From: Raillietiella orientalis
Lineage: Eukaryota
Assembly: GCA_036172245.1 (NCBI GenBank)
Contig: JAYWIR010000026.1
Span: forward strand, 558,001-622,000
Direction: 5' to 3'
Length of the DNA stretch: 64,000 nt
A model generated the notes under the pieces. That model saw only the letters and a program-made list of their open reading frames with translations. It was not told the DNA's origin and did not search any database. Shown one piece after another: positions 12,640 to 26,000 of the stretch (the first letter of the stretch is position 1; each line of letters opens with the position of its first letter). The position numbers were made by a program, and so were the translations under genes.

Positions 12640-15600
12640 GCGGCGTACGCACCACCGACAAACGCGGGCGACACCCGTCAACAACGCGGTAGCGAAGCGG
12701 CCGCGTCCGTCGCCAAGGCCGTCCTCGATGACGTCACTTCCGAGCGAGCGGCGGAAGGGCTCACTGCTGCGCTGCAGCGCGCTTACGAGGCCGCGGAAAA
12801 GGGTTTCGGGCACGGCGGGGTCCGAGATCTCCGATGCGGAAGCCGGAAAGGCACCTTCCGTCGCCTCCCCTCCCCCCCGGAAATCTAGACGTAAGTCCCA
12901 GAATCCGCGGAGGATCGCCTCCGCCGTCGAAGGGGAAGAGATGGGGAAGCGAGGGTGCGATGAGCGTGGGAAACTCCCGGAACCCATCGCCCGAGACATT
13001 CCCACGCTCCGACACGGAGGGGATAGAAGGGGTGCAGGCCGAGTCTCAGAGGCCTCAGGGGCCTGACATGGCCGTCGTCCCCGTGGACATCCTGTCTACC
13101 TGCCGCATGGCAGGAGCTGCAACGCCAATTTCCCAGCCTTAATGCCGGGAATCGCCCCCGCCGTCGTCTGCGAATCGCCTACTGCAACGTCAACGGCCCA
13201 AGCGACGACGGCAACAGACGAGACGTGACCGCCACCCTGGCATCCATCGACATGGTGATGCTACAGGAGATCCACGTGAGCTCCACGGATCACGGGTGGA
13301 CGGCTGCCGTGGCTCTGCAGCGCCGTCCAGTCTTGCAGCATTGCCTTCCAGCTTCGGCCGGCTGTCGAGGCCGCGGAAAAGGGTGTGCTGTACGAAGGTT
13401 TGGGCAGAGCGCCTGGGACGAGTGGCAAACGCCTTCATCAGCCCGGAACAGACTTATGCTGTTCGCGGGCGGAGCATGGAGGCGAACCTGTTCCACGCTT
13501 CCACATGGTTAGAGGTCCAACAAGGAAGGGGCTTATTGAGCAGCCGGGATTCCGGTGCGTCCGTTGGCGGGAGACGGGACGGTCGGGTGGGGAAGGGAGC
13601 CCTTGCGGTCGCTGTCGACTTGCGTAAAGCATTCGACAGCGTCGACCAGAATCTCCTGCTGGAGCTTTTGGAACGCTTATGCTTCCCGGCCTCATTATTG
13701 GCCTATCTGCGCTCCAGCTGGTACGATTCGCTCATGAATCTTACTTTCAGCGGGCAGACTGTTCACGGCGTTCCGGTGCGACGTGGGATCCGGCAGGGAG
13801 ACAGCCTGAGCCCCTTGCTGTTCAGTACCTACTTCGAGTTGGTACTGAGAGCGTACAGGGAAACTCTTGCGCACCTACCGCACGAATGCGCCGGAACGCC
13901 GGCCGTTTCAGCTTACGCGGACGACCTTCTGCTGCTGTTCCCTATGTCTACCCCGGCTTCGGCGGTCGAGAAGTTCTTCGACCTGCTGAATCGAGGAACC
14001 GGACTTACAGTGAACAGGGCGAAGTCGTCCGTGAAGCCAGTTGGTGCGGCGTGGGCAGGGCAGCAGGACTGGGACCGTTTAGGGATCCCCACGGTGAGGT
14101 ACTTCAAGTACCTTGGTGTGCCGTTGGGGGACTACTCCCCTGAGGAAGCGTGGTCCGGCTGCCTCCAAAAAGTAGAGACGGTGATCGGCCCGTTCCGAGG
14201 CGGCAGGTTTTTCCTGCCTGAACGGGCCGCGGTTTGGAACATGTTCGCGGCTCCCCTCCTCCGTTCCCTGCTTTTTGTTTGCCCCCCCCACAGAGAGGAT
14301 CAAAAAGCGGACGGAGGACCTTCTCCGTATCGCCCTTTGGGGCAATGGGAGGGCCCGAGTCCGCTTAAAGGACTTGTGCGCTCCACGTCGGGACGGTGGT
14401 CTCGGCCTCCTGACATTGGAGCGGCTGGAGCTACAGCTCCAGTTCCGTTTCATGGCTATTGTGCCGGAGTTGTGGTGCACCTGCTGGTGCGTTCCTGCAC
14501 GTCTCCTCCTTCAGCAAGCCACCGGCAAGACGGGACTTACGTCCTTTCTTGCACTTTGTCGCCGCGTCAACCGATGCGGACTCCAGCTACGGAGGATGGC
14601 TGCGCTAGCAAGGAAAAATCAAGGATTGCTCACCTGTCGCCCGTTTAACGGTAGTGCCTGGTTGCAGGAAACCGTTCGCACCTGGAGACAGTTCGGCATG
14701 CAACGCTCCCAACAGGAACAAAGGTTCCTGTTTGGGGGTTACAGAAGTGGCACGCTCCGCGAGATCCTGGAGGATCCAAAGAAGAGAGCGTGTGCAGGAA
14801 GAACCCCTCTTGCTGCTGTGCTCGACTCCCTAGTGGAACATCAGGACAGCGATGTTGCGGCGAAGTGGGAGGTTTCAGTTACAATCTCCGGAAAGGAGAA
14901 GAAGATAGGAGAGTGGAAGACGGGCCAGTTAACAGACGCTGCGACCCCGAGTACGCCTTCCAATGGACTTCTGAGCTGGGGCGCGCTGCTCGACGTTCCC
15001 ATTCAACGTTTGAAGTGGTCCCCGGTACTGATGAACACCTCCACCCTTCCCTTAAAATGGCAGGAGTCGGCTCTCCTGTTACAGCACTGGGGACTCCCCT
15101 GCAACGCCCGCCGACACCACTGGACCTGGGGAGCGGTGGACCCCAATTGCGTCAGGTGTGGGGAACGGGAGTCCCTCCCCCACCTGCATGTGGATTGTGT
15201 TGCCCTTCGGCCCCTTTGGTTCCGCTTTGCCGCGGACATCGGAATCCCCTGCGGCAACCCCAGGGACGTACTGAAAGCCCTCTTCGTTGCCGACGCCCTT
15301 CGGCCAGCGGCCTCGTTAGCAGCCCTGTGCTGCCTTCGCGGGATCGTCGCCTCCTGGAGTAAGCCTACGGGAGGACCACACGACCAGGGTGCCATCCAGC
15401 CAGCCTCCCAGTTCCTGAGGCAGGCGTCCCGATGGCCCCACCTGGATCCAGGAATACAGAAGGAGCTTGCCGGCATCCTGCAAAGGATGCAACGGCCCCA
15501 CCAGCAACTGTGATCCCTTCCCTTACCCTACCAGTTTTTTCTTTTCTTTTTGTTTTGTTTTTGTTTTTCCCCCTTCCCCCTGCTGCCGTGGTGGACCGTA

Positions 15601-15730
15601 CCGGTCTGCGAACCGGTGACGCGGCAGGCTCTGTGTTTCTTCGTGCGTTGCTGGAGCAGTGGTTCAGCCACAGCACGTCTTTGTAAATGTTTATATTACA
15701 ATAAACGCCTCGGCGAAATCCGGATGAAAA
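12640..15730 (+). mobile_element. Element A: L1/Tx1-like LINE, 5'-truncated and internally deleted
   Basis: ORF1 tail; TAATG at 13140-13144; EN start to QEIHV, then about 1.3 kb missing; RT (DLRKAFD, RQGDSLSP, YADD); CVRC..H..C; AATAAA at 15700 plus hairpin. Confidence 0.9.
13142..15513 (+). pseudogene. A ORF2 (EN largely deleted; RT and C-terminal CCHC; frameshift near 14285)
   Basis: ORF track 13296..14648 and 14275..15513. Confidence 0.88.
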
Positions 15731-15744
15731 TCGACCGCATTATG

Positions 15745-17137
15745 CGCTCTAGGGTGGACGTGTTTTCTCGGTGCTCCTTGTGCCAGGAAGTCTTCCCTAG
15801 TGCAAGCGCCGTGTGGTTCGGTGGTCGATCAGGCAGCGATGCCTGACGCGACCACCAGGGATGGCCAGAGGGCAGCAAAACGCCGCCCCCAGTGGCGATG
15901 GAGAGCCAGATGGCGGTGACAACGTCGCCCCCAGAGGCGATGGATATGGGGGCACCCGCCCACACAGAATCGGTCTCCGCTGCAGCGCGGGCGTGGAGCG
16001 CCGTTGTGTCGGCGCCATCGCCTGCAGCCGCGGCGGAATCGTCAGCCTATGTAGAGGAGGGGTACAACCCCTCATTGTTCTACAAGGTAGGCAATTTATA
16101 TTCTTTAGAGAGCGCGCGCGCCTTTTCGAAGGGCATGCGCGCTCTCGATGTGAAAGAGGAGGAGCTCAGCGCTATGAACATCCGCAGCGGGGGTCAGTAC
16201 GTTGAGGTCATCTGCAAACAAGCAGAGCTGGCCCAGCGACTGCTGAAAACCCCCGTTGTGATGGGGAGGCGTAGGCTTCTCCCCACTACGACGGACCGCA
16301 GCATGGTGGTCCACCTGTTAGGCGTAACCGCGCGAATGCGCAAAGAACAGGTTCACGCCGCTCTAGAACAATTTGGAACGGTCCACGCGCAGTGGACGAA
16401 AGTAAGTCCTTTCGAGGACTACACGGATCTGCAACACGGCATCACGGCTACGCGCGTGACCGTTTGGGAGGGCTGCACCCTTCCCCACAAACTGGTGGTC
16501 GAAGGCAAAACCGTCGACCTCTGGTATGTGGGGAAGCCGAATTACTGCGGCTTCTGCAATACGTCGGGCCACCTCAAAAAGAGGTGTCCCAACGTGCAGT
16601 GCCAAGTATGCAACACAATGGCTCACACGAGGGAGGTGTGCCCTAAAGCAGCAGTGCTGGTGGTTTCCAAGAGAAACCTTAAAAAACGTGCCCGGCTTCT
16701 GCAGAAAAGGCTGGTGGAGAAAGCTGCCGCGTAGGCTGTGCCAACCGCGCCCAAGACCCAGGCCGCACCCGATATCCCGGCGACCAACGCCGAAAAAGTT
16801 GAGAGAGCCGGCCAGGATACTGGCTGGCAATTGGCAACGGCCAAAAACTCAAAGAAGGAGAGGAGATTAGAGGAAGAGCTCGCGTACCGCCAGAAAAAAC
16901 AGCAGGCAAGCGAGCAGATAAAAGAATGCAGCGTTGTCGTGAAGCGTATTCCCGACAGCTGCGAAAAACAACTCGCCGCTACCGACGACCTCCCCTCTGT
17001 TGACTCTGCCAACAGCGAGGGGAGCGAGCCGGCGGCAGAGTCCGTCATCGACACCACCATCGATGACGTAGCCTTCGCGCGAGCCGCGGAGGAGCTGGCA
17101 GCCTCGTTGCAGCCAGAACCCTACGCGGCCAGTAGGA
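15745..17137 (+). mobile_element. Element B: 5' end and most of ORF1 (E subfamily), 3' part lost
   Basis: Starts CGCTCTAGGGTGGACGTG, as in E. ORF1 from ATG 15839 has CGFCNTSGHLKKRC and CQVCNTMAHTREVC knuckles, a frameshift, and a TAG at 16732. Confidence 0.9.
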
Positions 17138-17223
17138 GGACGTGTTTTTCCTTCACTCCCCAAAGAGTAGTAGGAAAGCGCTTTTTCTTCTGTGTGGTGT
17201 TTTGTGTACATCGTCGGTATCCA

Positions 17224-18824
17224 ATGGCCACGACGCCAGAGGACACCGCGATGGAGGTGGGAGTGGGGGAGGCTAGTTCGCCCCCACAGCCTACTGGAGC
17301 AGGGGCAGCCGCCCCGGATTCATCCCCGGCCACGCCGAGGACATGGAGCGCCATGGTGGCCGCGCCCAGCGCAGAAGCCATGGCGGAGATGGCCGCATAC
17401 AAGGCCTCCGGGTACAAGCCATCGCTTGTCTACCAGGTAGGCAACTTGTTCGACGGCCGGACAGCGCGCGCCTTCAGCAAAGCGTTGAAGGACGCGAATG
17501 TCACAGAGAAGGATCTGGACGGCCTCTCCGTCCTCAGTGGCGGGCAGCGGGTCGAGGTGGTCTGCAAAGATGTCACCTTGGCTCACCGCCTTATCCATGC
17601 GCCGCTGAACGTAGACGGCCGCAAGATCCTGCCAGTATCAATGGACCGCTCCGTGGTGGTCCACATGACTGGCATCACCAGCCGCATGACGCGGTCAGCG
17701 GTTGGTGAGGAATCGCGAAAGTACGGTGAGGTGCACGCACTGTGGCCGAAACCCTCCATTTTCGACGGCTTCGATAGCCTTTTTGGTGGGCAGGCTGCAG
17801 CGCGGGTCACCGTAAGGGAGAATTGTGGGCTTCCCCACAAACTACAGGTGGCGCAAGAAAACGTCGACCTGTGGTTTGTAGGGAAGCCCCGGTATTGCGG
17901 GCATTGTGATACCGTGGGACACCTACGTAAAAGGTGTCTCAATATACAATGCCATTTGTGCGGGGAGCGGGGCCACGTTCGGCGCGAGTGTCCCAAACGC
18001 CCCACCCCGGTTCCCCCTGCCGCGAAAAAAGCGCAGGGGAAACGCGCTTCAAAGGTCTCTAGACCTAAAGTAGAAAAGGGCCACCACAAGCTGCCAACAC
18101 CTCAACCTCCGGCGCGTAAGCCGGAGGATAAACCTTCTGAAACGGTGGAAGGCGAAGAGGGATGGAAGCTTGTAGAGGCCAGAAAGCCGAGGAAACTCCC
18201 TCCCGCGGAGAGCAAAGAGCGCAAGACGGCCGGTAAGCCGAAGAAACTCGGTCCGCGCTCGAAAACTCTGCGCGAGTGCACGGTGGCACTGGAACGAATC
18301 GTCGTTCCCGAGGTTGCCACCCGGAGCGACGATCCTCCCCTTGCTGTGTCCGCTGCGCCCGAGGCTCGCGACGGCGAACCCTCTGTTTACACAGAGGGTG
18401 AGCCACGCGACATAGCGGCGGTCGAAGCCGCGGACGCCGCGTTCGCGCAGGCGGCGGTGGAGCTCGCGGTCACGCTGGCCGAGCGTGAGAACCCCTCGCG
18501 CAAGGCCGTGCGAAGGCCGGCTCCGGGAGCGTGGGAAATTCGGAGGAGGAATTCCTACGCTCGGAAGCCGTCGATCCGGCCACCCCCATGGAGGAGGGTG
18601 AACAGGGGGCTGAAGTCCCCCCTGCAGGCGCCGACACTGAACAGCCCGCCCCCATGGAGGAGGGAGAACAGGTAGGCGCGACCCCACCTGTGGGTGACCC
18701 GCTCGACGTACAGTTTCCTATGGAGGAGGGGGACCAGGTGCCTTCAGCACCTGACCCCCCTCCTCCACCTAGCGTCCCGCCCCAGCAGGTGGCGGACGCA
18801 GCACTGCCATCTTCCTAGGAGTAA
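17224..18824 (+). pseudogene. C ORF1 (RRM-like region, 2 CCHC knuckles, acidic/Pro tail; deletion-frameshift near 18530)
   Basis: CGHCDTVGHLRKRC, CHLCGERGHVRREC; collinear with the intact I ORF1. Confidence 0.88.
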
Positions 18825-19370
18825 CACCTGGGCTCGCCAGTCGCCGTCGGATTCGCGCCGCCTGTTGGAATGTCAACGGGCTGCGCGACGACGGTAACAG
18901 GCGAGATACAGCCGACACCCTGCGGGAGTTCGACCTGGCCCTGTTGCAGGAGATCCACGTGATCACCTCGGCAGACGTCCAGGAGATCGAGACGATCGCG
19001 GGGGGTCGGCTGTATTGGCGATGCGGCATCCGCAACACCTGCGGGGTCGCGTTCTTCGTGAAGCCCGCCATCGACGCTGCCGTGAAGGGCGTGCGCTTCG
19101 ATGACGACGGTCGGGTCGGTCAGCTGACTCTCGGCTGGTCCGACTCGATCGATCTGATCGTCACGAATGTGTACGCCCCAACCGGTCAAAAGGGATACAG
19201 CGACCGTACTAGGCTGCTTGAATCCCTGAAGCGCGATTGGCTGGCGGACACGAATGTGCAAAAGGCTCACCTGATAGCGGGAGATTTCAATCGAGTGCGG
19301 ACGTGTTTTTCTTCGCTCTCGTCTCCGTGCTCTCATCCGCTTCATCTTGGCGTCGTACATTTTCACGACG

Positions 19371-21293
19371 ATGTCGACCCAACTTGAAGCTACTGAAGTT
19401 GGAGGAACAGCATCCGGATCTGCAATCGCGGAACCGACGGCCGCCTCCACTTCGTCTTTCTCGCCAATGGAGAGGAGATTTGCTGACGTTGCTGCCACAG
19501 CAGCCGTCAAAGGGAAACCACTCGACGACTCGGAGTTGCGGGCATACGTAGCCCAAGGCTATAGACCTGCTCTCCGATATAAGGTGAGTGGTTTTCTTTC
19601 TGCGCGCGACGGGAATCAGTTCAACGATGAACTGACCCGTGTTGGCGTGCGGGAGGAGGACCTTCTCGCCATTATGCCCGTAAAAGACATGGGCTATTTC
19701 AAGGTGCGTTGCAAAGACTCTGCACTTGTGCAACGCTTGCTGCTCACCCCGTTGTCGATCCGTGGCCAGAAGGTCTTCCCGGCCGCCATGGACGACTCAT
19801 TTGTGGCGGAGATTTTCGACATCGAGTCGGAAATCTCCGATACTGATATTCGGAACGCGTTGGCGAAATTCGCCACGGTCCATGCGCTGTGGAGGGTGCG
19901 TAGCAACCTCAAGGACTTCCCTTCCATACACAGCGGAGTCGCTGGAGTCCGGCTTACAATGCCGGACCGCCGTCTGCTGCCCACCAAACTACAGGTGAAA
20001 GACACGGTCGTTCACCTGTGGTTCGTGGGCAAAGTAAAAACGTGCGAGCAATGCGGGAAGGAAGGGCATTGTTTGGATAAATGCCCCTCTGGAAAATGCC
20101 GTTATTGCAAACTATCCGGGCACCAATTGAAAAATTGCCCGGATCTTTTGCGAAAAAAGGCAGCCGCGGAGCTCCATCTTAAAAAACAAAGCGCGGATAA
20201 AAAGAAAAGATCTGCGAACAACCTGGAGACCCCACGGCAGAAATTCGGTAAAAACGCGAGGCGGAATGTCGCCCCAAAGCAGCAGGAAACCTCGCACGCG
20301 AAGCCCTGCGCGCCCGCTCTCGCGGCAGGGGAGCCGCAAAAGAAAGGGTGCGGGGAATCCGGGGCAATGGTAAGTCCCCCTAGGCGCAATAGCTGTCCTT
20401 CCCAAGCACGCCCGGCTCTTTCGGAGTTCGAGCAACTGGCGGGGACGCCAATGGACAACGGCGGTAAGGACACTTCCAGTACCGTCAGATCCATTCCTTC
20501 ACCTCCTGCAGTGGCTAAGAAGCCCAAATCGGGTAGGAAGGGTTGTGCCGTGTCGACTTCGAAAGTCGGCAAAAAAAAATCCGCGTCGCGATCCAACACC
20601 GCGAAAGCGGAGAAAAATCTCACGCCATCGCAGTCGGAGAGCAAGCTCTCGACTGGCGCGGATGCCATGCCAACGAAGGGATTAAAAGCCCTTCCGAAGG
20701 CAGCGTCCATCACGAGCGTGTCGAAGCCATCCAAAGTGCTCCCGTTCAAAGACGCGGATGGCTTCAAGGATGGCAATGGAGCACAATCTCCATTTACGGC
20801 GCCACGCGAAGTGAGGAACCGTAATGAAGTAAAGAAGACTCCAGCAAAGGTCCCTCGTGCAACTGCGCGTGAGCACGCTGAAAACGCGCGCGCCGGGAAA
20901 GCAGCCGTCACGAAAAGCGATGCTCTGGTGACGGAAAACGAAAACAGGACAGCTGTCAATCCAGCAGAACCTGTCACTGCTTCGCGGAAGGCCGAAACCC
21001 GATCGAACATGCGCCGGTCGGACTCCGAAATGGATGCCGTTCCGATCACCGAGACGAGGACAACTCGTTCGAAAGCGTGTGCGCGCCGATCAAAAGTAGG
21101 CAGCCAGGCAACTCTAGCCGCGAAGCCACGCGGAGTCTCCACGAAACCCGACGGGGATAAGCCTGGCGTGGAGGCATTACATGCATGCAGCACGACAGAG
21201 GACGGTGGCGACCGTCCCCTCCAGCCAGTCGTGCTGCTCGCCGTCTGCTCGCCGGATAAAGCGAGCAAAAAGCCGCCACCTTCCCAGCAGTAA
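19371..21293 (+). CDS. D ORF1, open (about 640 aa), nucleic-acid-binding protein with CCHC knuckles
   Basis: CEQCGKEGHCLDKC, CRYCKLSGHQLKNC; long basic tail; ends at TAATG. Confidence 0.85.
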   Translation: MSTQLEATEVGGTASGSAIAEPTAASTSSFSPMERRFADVAATAAVKGKPLDDSELRAYVAQGYRPALRYKVSGFLSARDGNQFNDELTRVGVREEDLLAIMPVKDMGYFKVRCKDSALVQRLLLTPLSIRGQKVFPAAMDDSFVAEIFDIESEISDTDIRNALAKFATVHALWRVRSNLKDFPSIHSGVAGVRLTMPDRRLLPTKLQVKDTVVHLWFVGKVKTCEQCGKEGHCLDKCPSGKCRYCKLSGHQLKNCPDLLRKKAAAELHLKKQSADKKKRSANNLETPRQKFGKNARRNVAPKQQETSHAKPCAPALAAGEPQKKGCGESGAMVSPPRRNSCPSQARPALSEFEQLAGTPMDNGGKDTSSTVRSIPSPPAVAKKPKSGRKGCAVSTSKVGKKKSASRSNTAKAEKNLTPSQSESKLSTGADAMPTKGLKALPKAASITSVSKPSKVLPFKDADGFKDGNGAQSPFTAPREVRNRNEVKKTPAKVPRATAREHAENARAGKAAVTKSDALVTENENRTAVNPAEPVTASRKAETRSNMRRSDSEMDAVPITETRTTRSKACARRSKVGSQATLAAKPRGVSTKPDGDKPGVEALHACSTTEDGGDRPLQPVVLLAVCSPDKASKKPPPSQQ

Positions 21294-23009
21294 TGCGGGG
21301 AATCGCGTCTGCTCGTCGTCTGTCCGTAACGTGTTGGAACGTGAACGGACTACAGAACGACGAGAAGAGGTGGTTAGTAGCCAACGCCCTGCGCCCCTTC
21401 GACCTCGCGCTCCTGCAGGAGATTCACGTAATCTCCGACGAGCAGGCAGCCGAAATCGAGGAGCGCGCAGGCGGAACGCTACATTGGCGGTGCGGCGGCG
21501 CACACACGTGCGGCGTCGCGTTCCTCGTAAGAGGAAAAATGGCGGAAGCGGTGCGTAGTGTTCGTTTCGATGACGACGGACGGATAGGCCAGCTTGTCAT
21601 CAAGTGGTCCGAGTCCATCGATCTCGTCGTTACGAACGTCTAGCGCCGAGTGGCTCTCGCTACCTCGAAGAAAGAGTAGCTTTCTTTGGTGAGGTGCACA
21701 GCCACTGGCTGAACAACTCAAGCTTCCAACTGGCGCACCTGTTCCCTGGGGACTTCAACGTCCGCCTGCTCTCCGACGATTAGAGCCGCCCGAGCGAGCG
21801 CGCGCTGCCCATCGAGATGTGCGCGTCCGTGCACGCCGCCAACTTGATGGTCAGCGAACCTGGAATAAAAAGATCGCTCGATCACGTTTTCGTTGATGAA
21901 AACCTGCATTCGCGTGTGGGTAGGAGAGGAAGATTGTTGACTAGGCTTTCTGACCACCACAGGTTGGAGTTTGAGATCCTTCCGCCAGGCAGGGGGCCTC
22001 CGTTGCAAAGCTGGAGGATGCAGGCGGATTGGCTTAGCCAACCGGAGGCTGCGGAGCATCTACGTGGATACCTCCGAGGCTTTGCCATTTAAGAACTTGC
22101 GGACTGGGACGATCTCAAAAGATCTGTCCGCGAGTTCTGCTGCCAATTCCCCTTGCACCGGCTTCCACGCGGTTTCGGAGAGGGCGTGGCCAACAGTAGA
22201 GACTTTCTGCAGGCCCGCACGTTTTCGAGACGCGCAGATGTCGGGCGTCTCGCAGAGTACAAGGCGAGGGCCGAGCGCCAGGTCTGGTAGTCCGGAGCAG
22301 CATGCCTGTTGGACGACAAGAGCCAGGAATGTTCGGCCCCAGCCGAAGTACGCCGCATTGTGAGACGCTACTACTCCTCGCTGTACGCGGAATCCCCGAC
22401 GGAGGATATTTTTTCTGAGATACTCCTGTCTCAGGATGCTCGTGTTGTCGGCGAGAAGGAACGCGAACGTCTCAACGAGCCCTTCACAGCGGATGAATTT
22501 TCGTCCGCCATCGCTGGGCTGAAGAGACGAAAGGCGCCAGGCGAGGATGGGCTCCCTGCAGAGTTTTATCAGTGCTTTGCAGTGGAGCTCATTCCCTTGA
22601 TGCTGAAACTCGCGACGCTGACGAGTGAATCCGGGAATGTCCCGGATTCCTTCCGCTCAGCGAAGGTGCGTCTCCTGCCGAAAGGCGGAGACTTGCGCCA
22701 ACTTAACAACTGGAGTCCGATCACCTTGGTGAACTCGGACGTCAAGTTGTTTTCCAAGCTGTGGGTCGCGCGGTTAGGAAGTATCGCGGAATCTGTGGTG
22801 AGCCCGGAACAAACCTACGCGGTTCCGGGACGATCCATAGAGGCGAACAACCTTTTCGCGCGTACATGGATGCAGCTGCAGGAAGTTGTGGCGCAGCAAA
22901 GCCAGGCTGCTGCGAAAGTCACTGCCGCAGGCAAAAAGAACAGGCGCCGACGGCACCAGGGAACGCCAGGTGCCTTGGCGGTCGCGGTCGATCTCCACAA
23001 GGCGTTCGA
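21293..23009 (+). pseudogene. D ORF2, 5' part (EN and RT to DLHKAFD)
   Basis: WNVNG, QEIH, GDFN, SDH, KAPGEDG; several stops. Confidence 0.88.
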
Positions 23010-26000
23010 TTTTCACCCGGATTTCGCCGGGGCGTTTATTGTAAAATAAACATTTACAAAGACGTGCTGTGGCTGGAACATTGCTCCAGCCACGCACGAA
23101 GAAACACAGAGCCTCCCGGGTCACCGGTTTGCAGACCGGTACGGTCCACCACGGCAGCAGGGGGAAGGGGGAAAAACAAAAACAAAACAAAAAGAAAAGA
23201 AAAAACTGGGAGGGTAAGGGAAGGGATCACAGTTGCTGGTGGGGCCGTTGCATCCTTTGCAGGATGCCGGCAAGCTCCTTCTGTATTCCTGGATCCAGGT
23301 GGGGCCATCGGGATGCCCTCCTCTGGAACTGGGAGGCTGGCTGGATGGCACCCTGGTCGCGTTGTTCTCCCGTAGCCTTGCTCCAAGCGGTGACGATCCC
23401 GCGTAGGCAGCACAAAGCTGCTAACGAGGCCGCTGGCAGAAGGGCGTCGGCAACGAAGAGGGCTTTCAGTGCGTCCCTGGGGTTGCCGCAGGGGATTCCG
23501 ATGGCCGCGGCAAAGCGAAACCAGAGGGGCCGGAGGGCAACACAATCCACTAGCAGGTGGGGGAGGGACTCCCGTTCCCCACACCTGACGCAATAGGGGT
23601 CCACCGCTCCCCAGGTCCAGTGGTGTCGGCGGGCGTTGCAGGGGAGTCCCCAGTGCTGTAACAGGAGAGCCGACTCCTGCCATTTTAAGGGAAGGGTGGA
23701 AGTGTTCATCAGTACCGGGGACCACTTCAAACGTTGAATGGGAACGTCGAGCAGCGCGCCCCAGCTCAGAAGTCCATTGGGAGGCGTACTCGGGGTCGCA
23801 GCGTCTGTTAACTGGCCCGTCTTCCACTCTCCTATCTTCTTCTCCTTTCCGGAGATTGTAACTGAAACCTCCCACTTCGCCGCAACATCGCTGTCCTGAT
23901 GTTCCACTAGGGAGTCGAGCACAGCAGCAAGGGGGGTTCTTCCTGCACACGCTCTCTTCTTTGGATCCTCCAGGATCTCGCGGAGCGTGCAACTTCTGTA
24001 ACCCCCAAACAGGAACCTTCGTTCCTGTTGGGAGCGTTGCATGCCGAACTGTCTCCAGGTGCGAACGGTTTCCTGCAACCAGGCACTACCGTTTGCGGGG
24101 AGACAGGTGAGCAATCCTTGATTTTTCCTTGCTAGCGCAGCCACCCTCCGTAGCTGGAGTCCGCATCGGTTGACGCGGCGACGGAGTGCAAGAAACGACG
24201 TCAGTCCCGTCTTGCCGGTGGCTTGCTGAAGGAGGAGACGTGCAGGAACGCACCAGCAGGTGCACCACAACTCCGGCACAATAGCCATGAAACGGAACTG
24301 GAGCTGAAGCTCCAGCCGCTCCAGCGTCAGGAGGCCCAGACCACCATCCCGACGAGGAGCTCACAAGTCCTTTAAGCGGACTCGGGCCCTCCCATTGCCC
24401 CAAAGGGCGATACGGAGAAGGTCCTTCGTCCGCTTTTTTATCCTCTCTGTGGGGGTGCAAACGAAAAGCAGGGAACGGGGGAGAGGAGCCGCGAACATGT
24501 TCCAAACCGCGGCCCGTTCAGGCAGGAAAAACCTGCCGCCTCGGAACGGGCCGATCACCGTCTCTACTTTTTGGAGGCAGCCGGACCACGCTTCCGCAGG
24601 GAAATAGTCCCCCAACGGCACACCAAGGTACTTGAAGTACCTCACCGAGGGGATCCCCAAACGAACCTAGTCCTGCTGCCCTGCCCACGCCGCACCAACT
24701 GGCATCACGGACGACTTCGCCCTGTTCACCGTAAGTCCGGTTCCCCGATGCAGCAGGTCGAAGAACTTCTCGACCGCCGCAGCCGGGGTGGACATAGGGA
24801 GCAGCAGCAGAAGGTAGTCCGCGTACGCTGAAACGGCCGGCGTACCGGCACAATCGTGCGGCAGGTGCGCCAGAGTTCCCCTGTACGCTCTCAGTACCAG
24901 CTCAAAGTAGGTACTGAAGAGCAAGGGGCTCAGGCTGTCTCCCTGCCGGATCCCACGCCGCACCGGCACGCCGTGCACGGTCTGCCCGCTGAAAGTAACA
25001 TTGATGTGCGCGTCGCGGCAGCAGGAGCGCAGATAGGCCACTAATGAGGCCGGGAAGCCCAAGCGTTCCAGAAGCTCCAGAAGGAGATTCTGTTCGACGC
25101 AATCGAATCCTTTTCGCAAGTCTATTGCGACCGCAAGGGCTCCCTCCCCCACCGGACCAGCCAACCCCTTGCCAGCGCACGCACCGGAATTCCGGCTGCG
25201 CACCAAGCTCCTTTCATGTTGAAGCTCTAGCCAGGTGGAAGCGTGGAACAGGTTCGCCTCCATGCTTCGCCCGGGAACAGCATATGTCTGTTCCGGGCTG
25301 ATGAAGATGTTGGCAACCCGTCCCAGACGCTCTGCCCACATCTTGGCTATCAATTTGGCGTCCGCATTCACTATTGTGATGGGACGCCAGTTGTTCATGC
25401 TCCTCAGATCTCCTCCCTTAGGGAGGAGCCGCACCTTTGCCGATCGAAACGAGGCGGGAACGTCACCTGTTTTGCGTATCAGCAAGGTGAGTTGCTGTAC
25501 CAGGAAGGTAAGCTCAGCCGCGAAAGTTTGGTAAAACTCCGCGGGCAGGCCGTCCTCCCCTGGGGCCTTGCGTTTCTGGAGCTTTCCGATGGCCAACAGG
25601 ATCTCGTCCATCGTGAAAGGCTCGTCGAGGCTTCTTTTCTCCTCCTCCCCGATCGCTGGAGCACCTTCCGGAAGCAGAAGTCGTGAGACGTCTCGCTCCG
25701 GAGGCGCCCTGGTGTACAGGGAGGAGTAAAATTTCCTCACTATCCCGCGTTTCTGAGCGGGAACCGAGTGCTCCCGGCCCTGGTCGTCCAGCAAGCTGGC
25801 CGACGCGGATTGCCAGGCTTGCCTCTCGGCTTTCGCTCGATACTCTGCTAACCTGTGCATGTCGGGGGTTCTCGCGTAACGTCGGGTTTGAAGATAGCAC
25901 CTTTCGTTACGCGACCCCTCCCCAAATCCCGCAGGTAGGCGATGCAGGGGGAACTGGTCGCAGAGCTCCTGGACCGACCGCTTGAAGCGGTCCCAATCCT

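Noticed and set aside
12627..17128. CCCTACGCGG at 12627 and 17119 as a TSD around A+B
   Set aside because: The second copy aligns as internal B ORF1 sequence and no element terminus lies there; probably chance.
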